DNA of 64,000 nucleotides, taken from an uncultured Erysipelotrichaceae bacterium. Lineage in GTDB: Bacteria > Bacillota_I > Bacilli_A > RF39 > UBA660. The position numbers and the translations under genes were made by a program. The stretch is from the NCBI GenBank assembly GCA_902789425.1, contig CADANX010000001.1, positions 80,206 through 144,205 of the forward strand, written 5' to 3'. The notes below the pieces were generated by a model. It had not been told where the DNA came from. It saw only the letters and a list, made by a program, of their open reading frames with translations, and did not search any database. Positions 33,253 through 40,084 of the stretch are shown here, piece by piece; the stretch's first letter is position 1, and every line of letters starts with the position of its first letter.

Positions 33253-34344
33253 ATGGAATTAAAGTGTGATTTTCAAGTTCATCATCCACTAGGTGGAGCT
33301 TCATATGTTTTTGAACATGATTTAATTAATTATATTTTACGTAAGGTTAAGAAGGATAAGATTGTTATTAGTATAGGAGCACAACCTAATTCTTCTCCTC
33401 ACTTTGGAACATTATGTGTTTTTTCATTGGCATTTTCATTAGCCAGTTTAATTAAATCGAAAAGTTGTAAGGAAGTAGAAGTATTATTTGAAGTAGTTGA
33501 TACTGCTCCAAGTAAAACTATTACTGTTAATGGAATTAAATATCAAATGGATTTAAAAGAATCTAATAAGATGAGTGAATCTATGAATGATTTTGAAGAA
33601 ATATTAGAGTATTATAGTAAGAAGAATAATATTAAATATAGTATTAGAAATCAAAATGAATTTAATGGTCAAGAAGAGATTAAAAATATTTTAAGTAATA
33701 TTGTTAATCATGAAGATGATGTTAAATTTTTATTAGATCCAGATAATGGTAGATTAAGAATGAGATGTTCTTGTTTAGAATGTGGTTTAGTCGATAAAGA
33801 AGGTATTAATACAGTTATTAAAGATAATATAATTGAATCCTTTTGCCCTAATCATGGAGAATATAAGGTGGATTATATGATTGAAAGTAATAGAGTTGAA
33901 TATAATACTCCTTTACGTAATTTAGTTAGAGCTATTATGTATGGAATTATTAATGATAGTAGTTCATATGATTATGAAATAATCAGAATTACTGGTGGAG
34001 ATTATGCTGGCTTTTATCAAGAAGAATTATTATATAAGGCATCTTCTATATTAGGATATGAAGCTAATAAGTTGCCTATGATAGTTTATTGTCCACAAAT
34101 ACTTGATTGGTCTGGAGCTAAATTATCTAAAAGCTTATATGTAAAAGAAGGTGCTTATCAATATTTACCAAAATATGTAATTAATTATTCTTATTTAAGA
34201 GATAAATTTGGTATTAATGGATTAGATGTAATAATTGATGAAACTAAATTATGGTTAAATGAACCATATAGATTATTTAGAAATTATTCAGTTTATTATT
34301 TTATAAAATTATTTGAAGAGAGGTATAATAATGGAATTAAGTAA
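33253..34344 (+). CDS. class-I aminoacyl-tRNA-synthetase-like protein (truncated, no anticodon-binding domain evident) with Cys cluster
   Basis: HIGH-like 'SPHFGT' (aa 48-53), KMSKS-type 'KLSKS' (aa 290-294), and 'ITGGDYAG'. An inserted cluster 'CSCLEC...CPNH' uses Cys172/174/177/198 and His201. Confidence 0.55.
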   Translation: MELKCDFQVHHPLGGASYVFEHDLINYILRKVKKDKIVISIGAQPNSSPHFGTLCVFSLAFSLASLIKSKSCKEVEVLFEVVDTAPSKTITVNGIKYQMDLKESNKMSESMNDFEEILEYYSKKNNIKYSIRNQNEFNGQEEIKNILSNIVNHEDDVKFLLDPDNGRLRMRCSCLECGLVDKEGINTVIKDNIIESFCPNHGEYKVDYMIESNRVEYNTPLRNLVRAIMYGIINDSSSYDYEIIRITGGDYAGFYQEELLYKASSILGYEANKLPMIVYCPQILDWSGAKLSKSLYVKEGAYQYLPKYVINYSYLRDKFGINGLDVIIDETKLWLNEPYRLFRNYSVYYFIKLFEERYNNGIK

Positions 34345-34630
34345 AGTACAAAAAGAGGTAATAGAAAATAAAATAAATCATGGTTTTAATACTAATGATG
34401 TTAATAAAGAATTTTTATTATTATATGGTGAAGTAAGTGAAGCTTATGAAGCATATAGAAAGAAGAAAGATGATTTGGGTGGAGAGTTAGCTGATGTAGC
34501 AATTTATCTACTTGGAATTTCTGAAATATTAGGTTTTGATTTAGAAGACGAAATAAATAAAAAAATGGAAATAAATAAGAATAGAATTTATAAGAAAGTA
34601 AATGGTGTAAATATCAAAATTGACAATTAA
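34331..34630 (+). CDS. MazG-like nucleoside-triphosphate pyrophosphohydrolase (small all-alpha type)
   Basis: 'LLLYGEVSEAYEAYRK' and 'ELADVAIYLLGISE' form the EExxE / ExxD helical pair typical of MazG-type proteins. The start is set at the ATG at 34331, behind gaagagagg, overlapping the previous gene. Confidence 0.7.
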   Translation: MELSKVQKEVIENKINHGFNTNDVNKEFLLLYGEVSEAYEAYRKKKDDLGGELADVAIYLLGISEILGFDLEDEINKKMEINKNRIYKKVNGVNIKIDN

Positions 34631-34647
34631 AGGTCATATGGTATAAT
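34620..34647 (+). promoter_or_regulatory. consensus extended -10 promoter for the ABC-F gene
   Basis: TTGACA (34620-34625), a 16-nt spacer ending in TGg, then TATAAT (34642-34647). It lies inside or after the MazG-like gene 3' end. Only about 21 nt separate it from the ATG at 34669. Confidence 0.6.
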
Positions 34648-34668
34648 AATTTCGATAGAGGTGAATTT

Positions 34669-36327
34669 ATGACAGAACTAAGTTTAAATAATATTGAAAA
34701 AACATTCGGTTTTAAAAAGATATTAAATGGTTTTGATCTAGAATTAAAAACTGGTGAAAGAGTTGCTTTAATAGGACCTAATGGTTCAGGTAAAACAACT
34801 ATATTTAATATGATAACTGGAGATGAAATTCCAACTGCTGGTCAAATATCTATAAGAAAGGGTGCTACTGTAGGATTCTTATCTCAAATGCCTCCTAAAT
34901 ATGATGATGAAGCTACTGTAAGAGATATTATAGTTCAAGGGAAAACTAAATTATTAGAAGTAGAAGCTAAATTAAGAAAATTAGAAAACAAATTAGGTCA
35001 ATGTGATCCTGATCAAATGGATGATTTATTAAAATCTTATGGGCAATTACAAGAAGCATTTGAAAACATGGGTGGTTATCAATTAGAATCAGATATTAGT
35101 AAAGTATGTGGTGGTTTTAAAATATCAGATGAAATGATGGATAGAAAATTTTCTACTTTATCTGGTGGAGAAAAAACTATTGTATCTTTTGCTAAATTAA
35201 TTTTAAGTGAACCAACTATATTATTATTAGATGAACCTACTAATCATTTAGATATTAGTACTCTAGAATGGTTAGAAGAATATTTAAAAAATTATAAAGG
35301 TAGTATTTTAATAAGTTCACATGATAGATATTTTTTAGATCAAGTAACAAATAAAACTATATTAATTGATAGAGGTAAGAGTGAAGTATTCTTTGGTAAT
35401 TATTCTTATTATTTAGAAGAAAATGAAAGAAGAATAATGGCTGAATTTGAAGATTTTAAAGATCAACAAAAACAAATAGCTGCTATGAAAGCTTCTATTA
35501 AGAAATTACAAGAATTTGGTAGATTAGCTTTCCCTGGAGGAGAAGCATTCTTTAAAAGAGCTGCTAGTATTCAAAAAAGATTAGATAAATTAGAATTATT
35601 GGATAAACCAGAAGAAAAGAAAGATATTCCACTTGATTTCCAAATTAGTAAACGTAGTGGTAAAGATGTTTTAATTATTGAAGATTTATCTGCCATGATT
35701 GGTGATAAAGTATTATTTGATGGAGCTAATATGCATATTACTTTCGGAGATAAAGATTGCTTAATGGGGAAAAATGGTAGTGGTAAATCAACATTAATAA
35801 AAATGATATTAGAACAATCTAATGCTGAATTATTAGGTGGAAAAATAAAATTAGGTAGTAATGTAATAATAGGTTATTTACCTCAGGAAATACGTTTTGA
35901 AAATGAAGATGCTACTATATTAGAAACTGCTAGGCAATTTTATGATGGAACTGAAACTCATTTAAGAGCTAGTTTAGCTAAGTTCTTATTTTATGAAGAT
36001 AATGTATTTAAAAAAGTCAAAACTTTATCTGGTGGTGAAAAGGTTAGATTAAAATTATTCGAATTAATTCAAAAGAATGCTAATTTCTTAATTTTAGATG
36101 AACCAACAAACCATATTGATATAGATACTAAAGAAATGTTAGAAGAAGCATTAAAAGAATATAATGGTACGTTATTATTTATATCACATGATAGATATTT
36201 TATTAACAAATTGGCTAAAAATACTATGGAAATTAATGATGAACATATAGATAATTACATTGGCAATTACGATTATCTAAAAGAACAAAAAACAAAATTA
36301 TTACAAAAGAGTAGTATAAAAAGATGA
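34669..36327 (+). CDS. ABC-F family ATPase (no transmembrane domain; candidate ribosome-protection / translation factor)
   Basis: It has two ATP-binding cassettes: Walker A 'GPNGSGKTT' and 'GKNGSGKST', two 'LSGGE' signatures, and 'LLLDEPTNHLD' / 'LILDEPTNHID'. A charged inter-domain linker of about 75 aa separates them. Confidence 0.9.
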   Translation: MTELSLNNIEKTFGFKKILNGFDLELKTGERVALIGPNGSGKTTIFNMITGDEIPTAGQISIRKGATVGFLSQMPPKYDDEATVRDIIVQGKTKLLEVEAKLRKLENKLGQCDPDQMDDLLKSYGQLQEAFENMGGYQLESDISKVCGGFKISDEMMDRKFSTLSGGEKTIVSFAKLILSEPTILLLDEPTNHLDISTLEWLEEYLKNYKGSILISSHDRYFLDQVTNKTILIDRGKSEVFFGNYSYYLEENERRIMAEFEDFKDQQKQIAAMKASIKKLQEFGRLAFPGGEAFFKRAASIQKRLDKLELLDKPEEKKDIPLDFQISKRSGKDVLIIEDLSAMIGDKVLFDGANMHITFGDKDCLMGKNGSGKSTLIKMILEQSNAELLGGKIKLGSNVIIGYLPQEIRFENEDATILETARQFYDGTETHLRASLAKFLFYEDNVFKKVKTLSGGEKVRLKLFELIQKNANFLILDEPTNHIDIDTKEMLEEALKEYNGTLLFISHDRYFINKLAKNTMEINDEHIDNYIGNYDYLKEQKTKLLQKSSIKR

Positions 36328-36740
36328 TGGATTTTGGAATTTTTTTAAGTATTAAGCCTAATTTCGTTAGAATTATAGAAAGTGGTAAAAAAAATTTTGA
36401 ATTTAGAAAATATAAACCTAAAAAAGATTTTAATAAAATATATGTTTATGAATCCCATCCAACTTGTATGTTAAAATATATTATATATATAGATAAAATT
36501 GTTGAATACCCTAATAAAATAGATGAATTTGGTATAGGTAATAATGATTTTAATAATGGTTTAAAAAAATCAAAATATGCTTATCATATTTTACATCTTG
36601 ATATGTTAGAAGAGCCCATTACGTTGAAGTATTTAAAGACAATGTTTAACTTTTATCCACCGCAATCTTTTATATATGAAAATAGTAATTATGAATTGAA
36701 AAAATATATTGATAAATTAAAAAAAGTTAGAATTTATTAA
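36324..36740 (+). CDS. stand-alone ASCH-domain protein
   Basis: 'LSIKPNFVRIIESGKKNFEFRKY', 'IYVYESHP' and 'PPQSFIY' match the typical ASCH pattern. It is translationally coupled to the ABC-F gene (ATGA overlap). Confidence 0.65.
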   Translation: MMDFGIFLSIKPNFVRIIESGKKNFEFRKYKPKKDFNKIYVYESHPTCMLKYIIYIDKIVEYPNKIDEFGIGNNDFNNGLKKSKYAYHILHLDMLEEPITLKYLKTMFNFYPPQSFIYENSNYELKKYIDKLKKVRIY

Positions 36741-36805
36741 CTACAAAATTATAATAAATAAAATTTGATATATTATTCAAAAATATAAAATTCATGTTAT
36801 ACTAT

Positions 36806-36841
36806 AGATAGAACTGATATTTATTAGATTCTATCTTTTTT
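36806..36841 (+). terminator. terminator hairpin after the ABC-F/ASCH unit
   Basis: An 8-bp stem pairs agatagaa (36806-36813) with ttctatct (36829-36836), followed by a T-run. Confidence 0.5.
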
Positions 36842-36891
36842 GATATAAGTGTTCAAAATAGGCTCTTGTATCGCACCAATTGTTGATGTTT

Positions 36892-36929
36892 AGAACACTA
36901 ACATGTATTATGTGAAGTGTTCTTTTTTT
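36892..36929 (+). terminator. second terminator hairpin with a competing upstream arm
   Basis: An 8-bp stem pairs agaacact (36892-36899) with agtgttct (36916-36923), followed by T6. A second copy of 'agtgttc' at 36848-36854 can pair with the same arm. Confidence 0.5.
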
Positions 36930-37142
36930 ATGTTATGATTAACAAAAAACACTGTGTTTTGTGGTAAAATAGTATAAATGCAACCAACTTTCTACAAAAA
37001 ACAACCTAAAGATGGTAGAGCGCAACTGGTAGAAAATTATAAAATGTTTGTGTAAGGAGAAAAAAATATGAATAATCAATTTTCAGAAAATTCAAAAAAA
37101 TTAGAAAATAATAATGAGCAATAATTATAAAAAGTTTTTGTT

Positions 37143-37167
37143 AAAGAACCGAATGGTTCTTTTTTTC
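37143..37167 (+). terminator. terminator hairpin
   Basis: 'aaagaacc' / loop gaat / 'ggttcttt', followed by a T-run. Confidence 0.5.
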
Positions 37168-37200
37168 TTTTATTATGTGATATAATGATTATATAAGGTA

Positions 37201-37908
37201 GTGATAGATGTGAATTTATTTTTAGAATTAATGTTTATATTTTATATTGGATGTACTTTAGGTTGGGTTATCGAATTGTTTTTTAGAAGAATAGTACATG
37301 GTAAATGGATTAATCCTGGATTTCTTGTTGGTCCTTATTTACCTATATATGGTTTTGGATTACTTATTTTAACTATTATATATTTATTATTAAAAGATTC
37401 TGATTTAAATCCTATTGTTATTATATTGATTATGGGATTATCTATGACATTTATTGAATTTGTTGGTGGATTAATTGGTTTAAAAAATAAAATTAGATTA
37501 TGGGATTATTCGGATTTATGGGGAAACTACAGAGGAATAATATGTCCTCAATTTAGCGTAATTTGGACATCAATTGGAGCAGTTTATTATTATTTTCTTG
37601 TTCCATATACAATGTATGCATTAGAATGGTTTAGTAAGAATATAACTTTTTCATATATGCTTGGTTTATTTACTGGTTTTATAATTATAGATACAGTTTA
37701 TTCAACTAAACTATATAATAAAATTAGAAAATATGCAAAAGAAAATAATATTACAATTAAGTATGAACAGTTTAAATCTCATATTAAAGATGCACAATTA
37801 AAAGCAAAAGAAAAATATTCATTTATAAAACCATTTAGTCAAACTAAGTTATTATTGGAATATTTGGATGATTATAAGGATAAATTGATAGAAAAATTAA
37901 TTAAGTAA
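37201..37908 (+). CDS. polytopic membrane protein ('putative ABC-transporter type IV' / DUF1113-like family)
   Basis: 'GCTLGWVIELFFRRIVHGKWINPGFLVGPYLPIYGFG' is the characteristic N-terminal block of this family. The protein has about 6 TM segments. Confidence 0.55.
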   Translation: MIDVNLFLELMFIFYIGCTLGWVIELFFRRIVHGKWINPGFLVGPYLPIYGFGLLILTIIYLLLKDSDLNPIVIILIMGLSMTFIEFVGGLIGLKNKIRLWDYSDLWGNYRGIICPQFSVIWTSIGAVYYYFLVPYTMYALEWFSKNITFSYMLGLFTGFIIIDTVYSTKLYNKIRKYAKENNITIKYEQFKSHIKDAQLKAKEKYSFIKPFSQTKLLLEYLDDYKDKLIEKLIK

Positions 37909-37981
37909 TAAAACATTTTAAAAATTAATTGTTAAAACCAGTAGTATTAGAATAAATAGATAAAAAACATCTATTTTTTTC

Positions 37982-38010
37982 TTGCTTTTATAAAACAATA
38001 GGCGTATAAT
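37982..38010 (+). promoter_or_regulatory. promoter candidate of the zur-znu operon
   Basis: TTGCTT (37982-37987), a 17-nt spacer, then TATAAT (38005-38010). Confidence 0.5.
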
Positions 38011-38018
38011 ATCGAATA

Positions 38019-38033
38019 TGAAAATGATTTTCA
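38019..38033. promoter_or_regulatory. Fur/Zur-box-like operator
   Basis: A perfect 7-1-7 palindrome, TGAAAATgATTTTCA, lies immediately downstream of the -10 hexamer. Confidence 0.55.
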
Positions 38034-38052
38034 AATTGAAAGAGGTGTATAT

Positions 38053-38451
38053 ATGTCTAGAAATGATACATATAATACAAAACAAAAAGATGCTATTTTA
38101 AAGATAATTAAAAAGCAAAATAAGGCATTTACTATTAAAGATTTGTATAATTTACTTAAATATGAGACTGGTCTTACTACAATTTATAGACTTGTAGATA
38201 AGCTTATAGCCGAAGGTTATATCAGTAAGCATATTGGAAAAGATAATATCACTTATTATCAGTATTTAGAAAAATGTGATAATGAAAATCACTTCTATTT
38301 AAAATGTGATGAGTGTGGTATGATTACACATGTTGACTGTGATTGTATCGATGAATTATCAAGTCATATAATAAAAGATCATAAATTTAAATTAAGTAAA
38401 GAAAACATAATGATAAATGGATTATGTGATAATTGTTGTAATGGGAGGTAA
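38053..38451 (+). CDS. zur: Fur-family metalloregulator, probably zinc uptake regulator
   Basis: 132 aa with a winged-helix N-terminus and C-terminal Cys pairs 'CDECG...CDC' and 'CDNCC'. It is the first gene of a ZnuABC-type operon. Confidence 0.7.
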   Translation: MSRNDTYNTKQKDAILKIIKKQNKAFTIKDLYNLLKYETGLTTIYRLVDKLIAEGYISKHIGKDNITYYQYLEKCDNENHFYLKCDECGMITHVDCDCIDELSSHIIKDHKFKLSKENIMINGLCDNCCNGR

Positions 38452-38453
38452 TT

Positions 38454-39407
38454 ATGAAAAGAGTATTTAAAATATTAATTGTTACATTAGTTTTAATAGG
38501 TTTAGTTTTTATTACTGGTTGTGATAAAAAGAAAGATGATGGTAAATTAACTATTATAACTTCTAGTTTTCCTGGTTATGACTTTGCAAGGGCTATAACT
38601 AAAGACAATAAGGATATTACAGTTAAAATGTTATTAAAACCAGGTTCAGAAATGCATAATTATGAACCAACACCACAAGATATTAAAGATATTAAAAATA
38701 GTGATATATTTATATATGTTGGTGGTGATTCTGATGAATGGATTGATGATATATTAGATAATATCGATGTGAAAAAGACAAAAGTTGTTAAATTAATGCG
38801 TTTAGTTGATTTAGTTGAAGAAGAACATGTTGAAGGAATGGAAGCAGAAGAAGATGCAGTAAATGAAGAAGAAGCACCTGAATATGATGAACATGTATGG
38901 ACTAGTCCAAAAAATGCAATTACTATTACAAAAAAACTAACTAAAGTTATAGTTGGTTTAGATGAAGATAATAGGTCAATTTATGAAGAAAATTCATCAA
39001 AATATATAAGTGAATTAGAAAGTATTGATAATAGAATTGAAGAAGTAGTTAAAAATGCTAAAAGAAAAGAAATCGTATTTGGAGATAGATTTCCGCTTCG
39101 TTATTTTGCAGATGATTATAATTTAAAATATTATGCTGCTTTTCCAGGATGCTCTGAACAAACAGAAGCTAGTTCAAAAACTATTACTTATTTAATAAAT
39201 AGAGTAAAAAAGGATAAAATACCTGTTGTATTTCATATAGAATTATCAAATGGAAAAATAGCTAAAACTATTGCAAAAGAAACAAATGCAAAAGTGTTAG
39301 AATTTAAATCAGCACATAATATTTCACAAAAGGACTTTGATGCTGGAGTTACTTATGTTGATATTATGAATGATAATATAAAAGTTTTAAAGGAAGCTCT
39401 TAATTAA
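38454..39407 (+). CDS. znuA: metal (Zn/Mn) ABC transporter substrate-binding lipoprotein, ZnuA/AdcA-type
   Basis: Lipobox 'ITGC', an acidic/His loop 'EEEHVEGMEAEEDAVNEEEAPEYDEHVW', and a cluster-9 SBP layout. Confidence 0.8.
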   Translation: MKRVFKILIVTLVLIGLVFITGCDKKKDDGKLTIITSSFPGYDFARAITKDNKDITVKMLLKPGSEMHNYEPTPQDIKDIKNSDIFIYVGGDSDEWIDDILDNIDVKKTKVVKLMRLVDLVEEEHVEGMEAEEDAVNEEEAPEYDEHVWTSPKNAITITKKLTKVIVGLDEDNRSIYEENSSKYISELESIDNRIEEVVKNAKRKEIVFGDRFPLRYFADDYNLKYYAAFPGCSEQTEASSKTITYLINRVKKDKIPVVFHIELSNGKIAKTIAKETNAKVLEFKSAHNISQKDFDAGVTYVDIMNDNIKVLKEALN

Positions 39408-40084
39408 TGAATTTAATTGAAACAAAGAATTTATCTTTAGGTTATGATAACAATATAGTTTTAAAAGATTTGAATATTCAGGTCGAAGATAGTGATTTTA
39501 TATGTATAGTGGGGCCTAATGGTAGTGGTAAATCAACACTTGTAAAAGGACTGCTTGGTCTTATAAAACCAAAAAAAGGTGAAATTATTTATAATATAAA
39601 ACAAAACTTTATTGGTTATATGCCTCAAGAAACAAAGGTGGATTCTAATTTTCCAGCATCAGTTTTTGAAATAGTTTTATCAGGAACTTTAAATAGAATT
39701 GGTTTATTTTCATTTTATACTAAAAAAGAAAAAGAACTTGCTTTTAAAAATTTAAAAATATTAGGAATTGAAGATTTAAAAGATAAGAGTTTTTGTGATT
39801 TATCTGGTGGACAAAGACAAAAAGTTTTATTAGCTAGAAGTTTATGTTCCACATCTAAATTATTAATTTTAGATGAACCATCTAATAATCTAGATAGTAA
39901 GTCTAAAGAAGAATTATATAAAATAATAAATGATTTAAATAAAAAACATAATATAGCAATTATGATGATTACTCATGATTTGGATCATGGTAATTTAATT
40001 GGAAATAAAATACTATCACTAAGAGATAATGAAATATTCTTTGGAACAACAGATAATTTTGTAAGGAGAATTCATCATGACTAG
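39407..40084 (+). CDS. znuC: metal ABC transporter ATP-binding protein
   Basis: Walker A 'GPNGSGKST', signature 'LSGGQRQK', and 'LILDEP'. Confidence 0.85.
   Translation: MNLIETKNLSLGYDNNIVLKDLNIQVEDSDFICIVGPNGSGKSTLVKGLLGLIKPKKGEIIYNIKQNFIGYMPQETKVDSNFPASVFEIVLSGTLNRIGLFSFYTKKEKELAFKNLKILGIEDLKDKSFCDLSGGQRQKVLLARSLCSTSKLLILDEPSNNLDSKSKEELYKIINDLNKKHNIAIMMITHDLDHGNLIGNKILSLRDNEIFFGTTDNFVRRIHHD

Noticed and set aside
24859-36740. I considered whether the island cargo is merely a multidrug-resistance cassette (APH + GNATs + ABC-F).
   Set aside because: Resistance cassettes do not normally include a radical SAM enzyme, two DegT-type aminotransferases, a glycosyltransferase-like domain, an NDT-family enzyme, a MazG-like protein and an aaRS-like protein in one translationally coupled operon. 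A biosynthetic role explains more of the genes. The resistance-only reading remains a formal alternative for the last genes.
37014-37032. The sequence 'ggtagagcgcaactggtag' resembles a tRNA D-arm/anticodon-stem fragment.
   Set aside because: No acceptor stem, T-arm (GGTTCGAATCC-type) or CCA context lies nearby, so a cloverleaf cannot be drawn. At most it is a decayed tRNA remnant, and it may be chance.
36741-37200. I searched for a direct repeat of the tmRNA 3' end (ttcgattctcctcagctccacca) at the right island junction, the classic ssrA-island attR.
   Set aside because: I did not find it by eye in this window. This fits a serine recombinase (short att core) rather than a tyrosine integrase. 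For this reason the exact island ends are left approximate.
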